Assembly: GCF_000143415.4 (NCBI RefSeq)
Contig: NW_003314315.1
Location: 682,001-746,000 of the forward strand
DNA length: 64,000 bases
Reading direction: 5' to 3'
DNA from: Selaginella moellendorffii
Taxonomy: Eukaryota; Plantae; Lycopodiophyta
Both the position numbers and the translations under genes were made by a program. The notes below the pieces were generated by a model. The model did not search any database. It saw only the letters and a program-made list of their open reading frames with translations, and had not been told where the DNA came from. Below are positions 12,089 through 23,368 of the stretch, piece after piece; position 1 is the first letter of the stretch; each line of letters begins with the position of its first letter.

Positions 12089-13859
12089 TGTAAGCGACTA
12101 AATTTTCCATTCTACTTTAGTCACTTAACCACACCTCTGACCACTTGGAGGAGTCTCATTCATAACCTCCATAAGTCCAATCCAGGACTTGGGACTTGCT
12201 AGCCCCGAGAATGGCATCCATGCCACTCAACATTTGCACTTGGTCCAAGTGCTCCACGTGTCCGATCCCATAACCGACACTCAAAGGTACCATCGACATA
12301 GCAGCCCGTTACGCTAAGGCCATGCCCAATCACCTTTGCCACACTAGTAGTCCAATACCACTTGCATCACAGTCTTGGCTCTCCAAGACTGGGCCATCTG
12401 TCCACGAGTGGTCATCCTAGATCCACTCCTTAGCATCCTTAGGATGCCCACAGACCGGGGGAATTGCCTTCCCCAAAGTCCCTTTGTCAATTCCTACCAA
12501 GTCCCTTTCTGCCCCTGGCCGTGTTTGCCAACACTGCCACTGGATCGAGGCCCACAGGCCCGACCACTAAGTCCCACGGTCCTCTGGGACTTCCTCACCA
12601 CACGACTGTGTCTTTGGTCACTACCCCAGAGGACTGCTCCTCTTCCTTTCCACAGTCTAGGCCTTTGGGACAACATTTCGGAACACCATGGCCTTACGCG
12701 AGCCACCTGGGTACTCTCCCCGCCTTTCGCCTTTAGGTGCTCTAGCCATGGGCTTAGAGCAAGGTTCCGTTGAGCCACGCCTGGTATCCAAGTAGGTAGT
12801 GCCACCCACATTTGGACTGGGAGCATCGGCCAGTCGATCTCCTGGGGGAACTAGAGCCGGCTCTTGAACACTTCACCAAGCTACCCCGCTTGTCGGTCCG
12901 TATTCACTCTAGTCTTGGACTTCCCAGTGGTCAGTTCATCACCCAACACTGGGTCTGGCCTTCCTGGGCCAAACTGGCTCCACTGCAGTCCTCCCCCTAC
13001 TATACTTTTGGAGCTCACCAAACCCCCCAGGGTTTGGGAGACGAACGCTTTGGGCTTTCACCCTCTCAGGCTCGAATTCGGACTCGGACTCGGACTCGGA
13101 CTCAGACTCGGACTCGGACTCGGACTCATGCTCGGGCTCGGTCTCGGCCTCGGCCTCGGTCTCGTTCTCGGTCCCGATCTTGGTCTCGGTCTCGGTCTCG
13201 GTCTCGGTCCCGGTCTCGGTCTCGACTTCGGACTCCATCTCGGACTCCATCTCGGGTCCATCTCGGACTCCATCTCGGGTCCATCTCGGACTCCATTTTG
13301 GGTCCATCTCGGACTCCATCTTGGGTCCATCTCGGACTCCATCTCGGACTCCATTTTGGGTCCATCTCGGGTCCACCTCGGACTCCATCTCGGACTCCAT
13401 TTCGGGTCCATCTCGGGTCCACCTCGGACTCCATCTCGGGTCCATCTCGGACTCCACTTCAGACTCCAACTTGGGTCCATCTCGGACTCCACTTCGGACT
13501 CCAACTCGGGTCCATCTCGGACTCCACTTCGGACTCCAACTCGAGTCCATCTCAGACTCCACTTCGGACTCCAACTCGAGTCCATCTCGGACTCCACTTC
13601 GGACTCCAACTCGAGTCCATCTCAGACACTTCCACGTGTCATGTGTTGGTCCTTTTGGGTCCCTTTTTGGAGCCTCGCTTTTTGCTCGCTTCGTGCTCGT
13701 TCCTCGAGCACTTCTTTGGGAGTTCCACTCTCGCTCTTGACTTTTCAAGTCGGAGCTTTTGGTCCAAACGTGTTACGCTCGTTTGGCTCTCGCTTCAGCC
13801 ACTACCACGTGGCACCCTTTCCGGCTCCACTTTGGGGCCTAGGGATTTTGTGTCTCACA
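12089..13859 (-). mobile_element. Solo LTR, family A (1771 bp), TSD AGGAA
   Basis: tgtaagcgac...gtctcaca with aggaa on both sides; reverse complement of the LTRs at 23809 and 29624. Confidence 0.95.
13070..13630. repeat. Hexamer-based array (GGACTC/GGTCTC/CATCTC) inside LTR-A; homologous arrays at 24040-24555, 29860-30365, 33815-33990, 52055-52230, 57080-57425, 63420-63655
   Basis: Directly visible 6/12-bp periodicity; explains the long low-complexity ORFs. Confidence 0.95.
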
Positions 13860-16794
13860 AGGAAGCACCGAGGCCAGCCTCAATGGTCTTGGTCTCCAGG
13901 AAAATGCAATTGGCTTGATCACTATGGGCTTGGCTAATTGAGTGGAGATTCATCTCAAGTATCTAATGAAGTTTTTGCTAGTCATATTAGAAGCAACGAT
14001 GAGCATAACAACAACATGGATGTTGAAATGGACACTCAAATTGATATTGGTGTTATTGAGGCTGTTGGTACTGGTGCTCCTGAGGCTGCGGCTAATGGTG
14101 GTGGGGTACTTGTGTCTGATGTTGGTGGTGGTGGCGTACTTGTGTCTGATGTTGGTGGTGGTGGGAGTGTTGTACTTTCGGTTGTTGAGGCTGCTCGCAG
14201 CGAGGTAGATGAACTAGCTGAGGAGGTTATTGGTAGCGTTGTAGGTGGATCTATTGTAGAGGCTACTGGGGGCATGGTAGCTGCTCCTACTGCTCCTCAG
14301 GCTGGTGGTGCAGGGGGAGCTAGTGGTAGTGTGGGATTCTGCATGCATGATTCTGACACCATCTTGAATGATCATGTTCTGGGCATGATTATCCAAGCTC
14401 AAGAATGGACAGTTAATAAAGTGTTATCAGAAATGGTGTGGAACCCTCATTGATTTCTAGTTCCTTTGTGCTAGTTGGTTCAAAGCCATTGGGTGCGCTT
14501 AGCTTACGACCTCAACATGGCTATCTACAATTCTTTTGCCGAGGTCAGGTTTGGGAGCACAACTGGTACCTTCATCATTTCACCAACTTTCCCTAGAACC
14601 TGCTGGATAGAGTTAGTGACTACTAAACTTGAGGAAAATGGGATCCTATATGGTTGCGAAAGTCTCATGAGTTTGATGGATATTTAGGTCAACATGTGGA
14701 GACAGTAGGGTTCATTGGAAATTTTTGGGTGATCAATGGAAACCATAGGTGGCTAGCATTTTGGAAGTGCATTCAAGAGAAGTTCTGAGATGACGAAGAA
14801 TGACACATTAGTGTTCCTATCACACTTGTTAAACCAATAACTCGAGAACACACTGTGAAGCTCAACATGGCATGCCATAAGATCAACATGTAAGAATTTA
14901 TTTTTTGTAAACTTAGCCAATATCGTGTTTTTGCAGGCTAAACCAATTTGCGTTTCAAGCTCATATATTGGTACATGACATTGAGCACCTTTGGTTTATC
15001 GGCATGCTCTCGCTTCAGGAGGTCCAAATGTTGTGCAATCGTGAGGTATTTGAAGCAATTCAAGTGAAGCTAATAGCTAGGAAAGGCCAAGAATTGTAGA
15101 TTTGGTACTAGCTACCACTTGATTTTCTAGTTGCTGTCTGGGTGAAGGTAAATTAGTATTGAAGTATGTATCGACTTACATAATGTTTCTTGCAGCCCAT
15201 AATCAAAGGAGAAAGATCCTCATTCTTTAAAAATGCCTGAGGGAACGAGCAGTAGAAGGAGATGGAGTGGCATGCGATTGAGCAGTGAATTTTGAATATG
15301 AAGAGAACAAAGGTGAAAAAGTTGCTCTTGATTGTAGACATACGACGTGGGCAGGAATGGCTTGATAGCATTGCCGAGATTTGTTCTCACGTTCGTAAGT
15401 TCTTCTAAAATTTATGAAACATTTCATAACTCTTTGTGTGTGTAAGAACTAGTAAAGCACCGGAGGAACTTATTTACAACATCTCCAAGAGTAAAATGTC
15501 CTTTGTTGAACAAAGCATCTGCTTGGAACTTCTCAACACTTGGTTGCGAAACAACGAAAAAACACTACAAGATAAGGATGGAGAAGGTGATGAAGGAGAG
15601 GGTGTACATTTCTCAGAGTATTGCCACTAGTGAGGAGATGCTACAAGTCTGGGATGAAAAGTTTCTTTTCAGCACCCACACAAGTATCACTCTTGAAGAG
15701 TATATTCATGCTTGTCTTGTGGAGTGAGGGAATGGTTGTCTTTCACATGGTGGGACAAGTTTGGCTGAGTTCAAGAACCAACCAGGACAACCATTTCTTG
15801 CGAGGTGCATGGTTTACAGGTATTTTCTCAATTCTCATTTATATATTGGTATTTATATTTTTGTTTTACTTTGTAGATATTTAAAATATTGCCCCGGCAC
15901 ACCGGTATACACAGCCGGTGTTTTGCAGAAGCTTCTGACTAGAGGCAAGAAGTTTGGGATGTATGAGCCAGAGTTCTACTGTCCTTGTACACATGAGAGG
16001 GAGCTATGCCCATGGTACCTTGAACTCGTGGAGTAGATGCCGACATCGGACTTCGAGCTAGATCTCTACCTTGAATGCCATCCAAGTTCACTTGAAACTT
16101 AGCACTTAGCTAGGAAATATTAACTTTGAGTTATATTCTTATTTTCTAGAGGCTCTTTTTGATTGTGATAACAACGTTGTTGAAGTTTAACAACTAAACC
16201 TAGGAGTCCACACTTAGGAAACCATTTAGGAGATGCCAAATCCAAATACCATTGAACTAGAGGAAATTGTACAGGAAATTCTAGCACAAGAGATTCCAGT
16301 ACCTGCTCCTCGCAACCCCCAAAGGGGCCATCATGCAGCCTTTCATGAGAGTAAGGACTTTGATTTGGAACATTCTTTTATTCATTCTTGACTTCACTTT
16401 TTTTTTTTAAGATGTTGCAGAGAGCAACTATCAGTCTTCTTGGCGGACTAAGACATTCTTCCCATCCCTCCCTACGGCTACAGATGACAACCTGGAAGAG
16501 CTCTCCTCTGCAGCTATGCATAAACAGGTTTGTAAGCATGAATTTTATCTCCAACTTTTAGTTCTAATAATTGATTTTCAGGTTCACCTTCTATCCCCAA
16601 CGGTCAGTGTTGGGGAAGTTGTTGTTCTCATTGGGGATTACACATAGCTTTTAGATGCTACTAGTCGAGAGCTTTACATGCTTGATCGGTGGATCCATGA
16701 TCTGGGTCAACTCACACCTTATGGGAAGATCAATTTCATCTTTTTCGATCCACCATTGCAGGGGGATACTCCTTCATGGAATGTGTTGTAGGCC
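13860..16794 (+). pseudogene. 5' part of a ParB-like/amino-methyltransferase gene (acidic low-complexity N-terminus, ParB/Srx-like domain, MTase motif IV)
   Basis: FWVINGNHRWLAFWKCI (GNHR at 14738-14749). V..LIGDY...GKINFIFFDPPLQGDTPSWNVL (DPP at 16747-16755). Short GT-AG introns (~14890-14937, 15146-15196, 15820-15876, 16528-16581). In-frame stops. Confidence 0.7.
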
Positions 16795-19645
16795 TTGAGA
16801 TGGGGTCCGAGATTGAGTTCGAGATCGAGTCCAAGACCGAGTTCGAGTACTAATATAGGTCAAGGGGTGAAAGCCCAAAACGTGCATCTCCCCGGGGGGG
16901 GGGGGGGGGGGGGTTGTAGGGGTTCCAAAAGTGTAGTAGGGATAGTTAGGTCTAGGAACCAGTCTTGAAGGAACTCTCCAGTGGTGTTTCCAAACTGACT
17001 TGAGGTTGAGACTAGGGTCGAGGGGCCTTGGGTGGGAGTGAGCATGGTCTCGGGTGGTGCCGGAGGGGCCACCCAAGGAAGTGCTCAAGAGCAACTCCCA
17101 CTCCCGAAAGGGAAACCAACTGTAATGCTCCCGGCTCATGTGGAGTGGTGCCCCACTTGAGTACCTTGCGGCTTATTGGTCCTTGCCCTTCTTAGGGGCT
17201 TGGGCCTTCCCTTCGGGATGGAAGTGGGGGGGTAGAGGTACCCATACCGAGCCGTTAGGCCACGGTGTTTCGCCCCGGCTTCCCGAAGCATGTGTTGCAC
17301 CCAAGACTTGGGATTTAGAGGGTCTTATAATCAAGTCTTATGGTACCAAGGGAGGTTAGGAATTTGGAGGCTTGGTGTGCTTGGCTGCTTGTGCCTGTGG
17401 GGAGTGTAGCCGAACTTTAAGTCCAGTCTAACTCGGGGAGGGGGATTAAGAGAGATTTGGGAATCCGTGGATGAATGGCTAACACTCTATTGCTCATGCA
17501 GTGAGTAGCTGAAACCAAGTAGGACTAAGTAGGAGCTAGTACCATAGGTAGAAACCTTGGCGAGGAAACCCAGCTAAAGCCAAGGCAGTGTTAGTCGAAT
17601 AGACGAGGTAAGCTGGCAAATTGGAAAGGAAAAATTTATGGCTTACAATTTGGTATCGGAGCCTTTTCCTCAATTCTAGCGAAGGATAGAGGCGGATTGT
17701 TAGGAGATGGCAAAGGCAGGGTAGAAACGAACCAAGGTGGAGACGGAACCTCCTCCAGAGCTGGAGCCTCCAGTCGAACAAGAGGCTATGGATGAGGAAT
17801 CCTTGTATGAGGAGGACTCCAATGAGGAAACTTCCAAATAGGAATCCAGTGGTGAGGTTCGGTCGTCCAAGGCTCGATTGGACATTCTAGAAGGACAATT
17901 GGCATAGACCAATGCCCTATTGGAGACTCTCATATGCAAGCTAAAGCGTGACGAGAAGCGAAAGAAAAGACAAAAGAATGCAGATGCTGGCAGTGCAGAA
18001 GGTGCGGATCCTTCAATAGGGACTGAGGCAAAACCAAACAAAGTCGAACAGACCGAAGTGGAATCAGTCCCTCAGGCAGTTCCCAAGTATAAACAAAAGC
18101 CCCCACCGGTCTTCAAGGGAGTGAACGATTATAAAGTGGTGGAGGATTGGTTTTACGATATGGAGGATGACTTCTAAGCATTGCAATTATCGAGCTTGGA
18201 GAAGGTCCCATATGCAAAACCATACTTGGCAGATAATGCCAAGTCTTGGTGGAGAACGACAGAGGCCAACGAAGGACCGATGGCCACTTGGGAAATGATG
18301 AAGGCGAGGAATCGCACGACTTACATTCCTCCGAATGCTACTCTGCATCTAAGAGACGAGCTGAATAAGCTGAAGCGGACCAGAACCATTCAGGAGTATG
18401 TGAATGGGTTTATGGCAAAGAAGATACTTGTCATGGACATGGGGGATATGGATGCGTTCCATGCCTTCATATCATGCTTGCAAACCTGGGCTCGTAGTGA
18501 GGTGATGCGTTGAAACCCGACCAACTACAAGGAAGCATTGGATGCGGCCATTAAGGTGTATCAACGATAACTTACGAAAGGGGAACACGATGGGGTCAGG
18601 GTCCACGTTTAGCAAAGGGGCCAAACCAAGGGGAATGTATAGCAAAGGGAAATTCAAGAAGAGTTTCTTTAAGAATGAGTCCTCAGGGTTCCAGAAAGGC
18701 AAATCTGGTGGCCAATGAGCAAGTACATGGGGGAGTCAAGCAAAAAGAGATAAACCCACGGATAAGAAGGTCAAGTCAGTTAATAGTGTGGGAAACAACA
18801 TATACTACAACTGTGGTGAAGTGGAACACTTTTCGAGGGAATGTCCTTACCCGAAAAAGGCCAGAGCCAATATGCCATTAAGTCGGGTGAAATCCAAACT
18901 AAGGTATGTGATCCAGTCCCCTAACTCAAAGTTACTCATTACACGAGCAACTTTGGTAGAGAGTCGTTCGCAACATTTACTAACCCTCCGAGGGAAGCTT
19001 GAAGGTAGCTTTGTTAAGATCCTTATTGATACGGGTGCTTCAGATAATTTTGTGGCTCCGACAAGCCGGACTATGGGTGCAGCGGCTGGGCGAATCAAGG
19101 ATTATAGAGTTTGTTCAAGATAGCCAAAGCACCGATGAGGTACTTCAACAAGCGAGAGTCGAAGTAGGGACATGAAATTAGAAATGGATTTCACCGTGTT
19201 CGACATGGCGGGATTTGATGTGATCTTCGAGATAGATTAGTTCAATTGGTTCAATTGGTACCGGACAAGGTAGGAACCTTGTGGTACTAGCGAATACCCA
19301 AGGAAGAAGATCCAGGGTGGAGGCCCAAGATCTAAAGGTAGGGCAATGCAAGGCCAAAGATTCCTGCCTAAACCTAGTGTCCACAAGAGGACAACTCACT
19401 ACAGGGACTAAGGCAGCATTTTTGTGCTTACTCTCGGTGAAGAGTGACAAAAAGACGGGAATAGAAGTAGTACCTTTAGTGATCCAGCGGGTGTTGGACC
19501 AATTCCAGGATACCATGCCAAAGGAGTTACCGGTGGGGTTGCCCCCTGCATGACCGATAGAACATAAAATTGAGCTGGTCGAGGGTGCTGAGGTGGTGGT
19601 TTATGCCCCCTATCGTTTGAAGGAAAAGGAACTTGAGGAGCTCAA

Positions 19646-19983
19646 TATAACGTATGTGGTTTTGACCTTTATCCTATGGTGATTTACCATAGGATAACAC
19701 CACGAAGCGGAACCTAAACCCTCCATGTGCCACGTGTCATATGCCACGTGTCCAAAGGATAGTGGTATGGAACCCGAGGTTCAAAACCTTGGGCCACTAA
19801 ATGAAGGAACGGTGCCAAACTCCCAAGCATGGAGCCAAGGAGTGACGGAACCGAACCACGAACCAACTCCCGAGCATAGAGCCCAAGGAGCAAAGGGACA
19901 GGAGTTTGGAGCGACTTGGAATAGTCCTGGAGCAACCAGCATCCCAATGCCAGGACCAGCACATAAAACGGAGCCAAACGGAT
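19646..19983. mobile_element. LTR-like fragment (family D) inserted at the start of RT of element B
   Basis: Pol homology stops at EEL (19645); homologous to 4250-4533. Confidence 0.65.
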
Positions 19984-21231
19984 TGTAACGCACCTTATCT
20001 CTCTCCCTTAAGCCAACTAAAAAAGGGGCAATTGCTTGATGAGAGAGCTCTTAGTGGCTATTTTATCCCTATTTATCCCCCAAGGTTCTAAGGATCCACA
20101 GTGACAGTATATCTAAATCTCATCCCATGATCACATGCGCTACACTCACCCCCCCTTTAGAGATGTTAATATCCTCATTGACTATTGATTAACAACCCCT
20201 ACTAAGCCCCCTTTAGAGATGTTAATATCCTCATTGACTATTGATTAACAACCCCTACTAAGCCAAGGGGAACCAACACCTCCATTTCCGCACTAAATTT
20301 ACCAATCCTTCCATTGTGTAGACTAGTTATTCCATGTGAGGCAACTAGTCATTCACACGTACCACAGTCTCACGGTGGATACTTTTGCCCGTGGATACTC
20401 CACACAAGAGGAAGGACGTACGCATGGATGCCCAATACGTACGATTTCAAATTTAGGGGTAAGAATATACCTTGCTCAAGGGTATATTATATTTTTAAGT
20501 AGCCACTAATAAATGGGAATCGAACCTATGCCATTTGCTCCAATACCAACTATAGCGCACCTTATCTCTTTCCTCTTAAGCCAACTAAAAAAGGGGCAAG
20601 CTTCAAGACCACGCTTCTGCTGCGCCACTCTGATTTCGCGCGTTCCATGAACCATTTACATTTGGCCTTTCTAGGTACTAAGCCTATCTAAATCTCATCC
20701 CATGATCACATGCGCTACACTCACCCCCCCTTCAGAGATGTCAATGTCCTCATTGACTATTGACTAACAACCCTTACTGAGCCAAGGGGAACCAACACCT
20801 CCATTTCCGCACTGAATCTATCAATCCTTTCATTGTGTAGACTAGCTATTCCATGTGAGGTAACTAATCATTCACCCGTACCGCAGTCCCACGGTGGATA
20901 CCTTCGTCCGTGGATACTCCACACAAGAGGAAGGACATACGCATGGATCCCCAATATGTACGATTTCAAATTTAGGGGTAGGAATATACCTTGCTCAAGG
21001 GTATATTATATTTTTAAGTAGCCACTAATCAATGGGAATCGAACCCGTGCCATTTGCTCCAATACCAACTATAGCACACTTTATCTCTCTCCCCTTAAGC
21101 CAACTGGAAAAGGGGCAATTGTTTGATGAGAGAGCCTTTAGTGGCTATTTTATCCCCATTTATCCCCCAAAGTTTCAAGGATCCACGGTGACAGTATATC
21201 CAAATCTCATCCCATGATCATATGCGCTACA
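19984..21231 (-). mobile_element. Tandem-array TRIM: three ~161-bp LTRs and two ~350-400-bp non-coding internal domains
   Basis: LTRs at 19984-20144, 20551-20719 and 21070-21231. Minus-strand PBS tggtattggagc after LTRs 3 and 2; PPT aggggggtgag before LTRs 2 and 1. Confidence 0.9.
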
Positions 21232-22369
21232 AAAGAGAAGTTGAGGAAGGCTCTCGTGTTGGCGTTACCAGACTTTGGTAAGGACTTTGAGGTAGAAACG
21301 GATGCTTCGGACTTTGTGTTGGGTGCAGTTTTGAAGCAAGACAACCATCTAGTAGCGTTCTTCTCAAAGAAGTTGAACAAGGCTTAACAGAAGTGGCCTG
21401 CCCATGCGAAGGAATTGTTTGCAATGGTCAAGATGCTCAAGGAGTGGTGACACTACCTTGGGAAACACTTCAAGGTTTACACGGACAATATGGCAACGAA
21501 ACACTTCTTGTCACAGCCCAACTTGAGAGGGAAACAGGATCGGTGGGCCAATGCTTTGGCCAAGTTTGATTGCGAAATTCTGTACAAGCATGAGAAGAGC
21601 AACATCGTGGTGGATGCGCTAAGTCAAAAAGCGAGCTTGAAGTTGGCGATATCCAGCACAACAGCAACCTTTTGGGATGATGTGCAGATAGCATATGAGA
21701 ATGATAGTCTAGCACAAGAAGTGTTGCTAAGGAATCTAGAAGCACAGGAAGCTCACCAAAGAGGTGAGCTGCCAACAGAAGAGAAAACGGGCTATGTAGA
21801 ATGCAATGGACTCATCTATTACAAGTAAACAAGGGTGTATGTTCCAAAAGGGGAACTAAGGAAGGTAGCCTTAGAAGAGTGTCATGACAGACCTCTTGCA
21901 GGACACGGCAGAGTGCCCAAGATGATGGGCTTACTCAAGAGGAAGTACCATTGGCCAGATATGGCTAAGGACGTCCAAGACTATGTAAAGACATGTCCAA
22001 CATGTCAGCAGATCAAAGGCGTGATTAAGGCCAGTGGGGGCTTGTTACAAAGCATCCCAATTCTAGATCGTCCGTGGAAATGTCTTACAATGGACTTCAT
22101 CACGGGACTCCCCCCAAGTGAGGGGTTTGATGCGATATTCGTGGTGGTGGACCGATTTTCGAAGATGGCACATTTCATACCCACCACAACAGAAGTGGAT
22201 GCGGAATGTGTGGCAAAGCTATTCTTTGAACAAGTGGTTCGAGTGTGGGGAAGGCCAGAGGAGATCATCTCAAATCGGGATAAGATCTTCACCAGCAGGT
22301 TCTGGAGAACTCTCCTAAAACAGTATCGCACCAAGTTGAAATTCAACATAGCCTATCACCCACAGACAG

Positions 22370-22416
22370 GTATTGGGTATTAAGTTAAGTTGGATGGCAC
22401 TAACACTTCTTGACAG
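22370..22416 (+). other. Spliceosomal intron (47 bp) in the integrase core
   Basis: ACAG|GTATTG...CACTAAC...TTGACAG|AT; removal restores HPQT-DG(Q)TERVNRQLEDYLRSYV. Confidence 0.85.
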
Positions 22417-22834
22417 ATGGATAAACAGAAAGGGTAAATAGGCAGTTGGAGGATTATTTGCGAAGCTATGTCTCCGGAGACTAGATTGATTGGGTAAGTC
22501 ATTTGGGACTTGTGGAAATGTGCTATAACAACTCACCACACTCAAGTATCGGGGTGAGTCCATGGGAAGTCATCAATGGGCGAGCTATTGAAGGTCTTGT
22601 GGAACTCGGCATGGCCGAGTATCATAGAGAGTTACCCGCAGTGGAGGCATTCACAGTGGAAAGACTCAACATTTGGAATCTAGTGAGGGATTCCTTGGAA
22701 CAAGCTCAACAAAGGCAAACCAAGTATGCGAATCAGAAGCGTTAGGACGTAAAGTTCCAACTTGGGGAGAAGGTGTGGCTGAACACCAAGAACTTAAGGC
22801 TACCAAGTGGGATTAGCCAAAAGTTGACTCAAAG

Positions 22835-22885
22835 GTAAGATGCATGTATTCTTGGAAATGAACTAATCTTGAGTTCCTTAAGCAG
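22835..22885 (+). other. Spliceosomal intron (51 bp) before the integrase GPY/F motif
   Basis: AAG|GTAAGA...ACTAAT...GCAG|GT; removal restores KLTQR-FVGPY; the unspliced frame hits TAA immediately. Confidence 0.85.
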
Positions 22886-22945
22886 GTTTGTGGGGCCTTA
22901 CGAGATTGAGGCACAAATCGGTAAAGTGGCTTACCATCTCCGACT

Positions 22946-23368
22946 NNNNNNNNNNNNNNNNNNNNNNNNNNNNNNNNNNNNNNNNNNNNNNNNNNNNNNN
23001 NNNNNNNNNNNNNNNNNNNNNNNNNNNNNNNNNNNNNNNNNNNNNNNNNNNNNNNNNNNNNNNNNNNNNNNNNNNNNNNNNNNNNNNNNNNNNNNNNNNN
23101 NNNNNNNNNNNNNNNNNNNNNNNNNNNNNNNNNNNNNNNNNNNNNNNNNNNNNNNNNNNNNNNNNNNNNNNNNNNNNNNNNNNNNNNNNNNNNNNNNNNN
23201 NNNNNNNNNNNNNNNNNNNNNNNNNNNNNNNNNNNNNNNNNNNNNNNNNNNNNNNNNNNNNNNNNNNNNNNNNNNNNNNNNNNNNNNNNNNNNNNNNNNN
23301 NNNNNNNNNNNNNNNNNNNNNNNNNNNNNNNNNNNNNNNNNNNNNNNNNNNNNNNNNNNNNNNNNNNN
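22946..23368. other. Assembly gap (N run); second gap at 31706-32118
   Basis: N bases. Confidence 1.

Larger units (their letters stand above)
17707..22945 (+). pseudogene. gag-pol of element B (Gag, zinc knuckle, protease, RT mostly deleted, RNase H, integrase)
   Basis: YNCGEVEHFSRECP; ILIDTGASDNFV; HKIELVEG...PYRL; FEVETDASDFVLGAVL; HDRPLAGH...CPTCQ; MDFITGLP...VVVDRFSKMAHF; HPQT/DGQTE; GPY. Many C>T-type stops. Confidence 0.92.

Noticed and set aside
12812-13937. Long ORFs (RS-, GL-, ES-repeat proteins up to 368 aa) here and at 23826-24761 and 29641-30537
   Set aside because: By-products of stop-poor hexamer arrays inside LTR-A; open in several frames on both strands.
18904-18959. Third intron in element B between gag and protease (GTATGT...TAG)
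   Set aside because: The region reads through in frame and I could not find a donor/acceptor pair with consistent phase; needs other copies.
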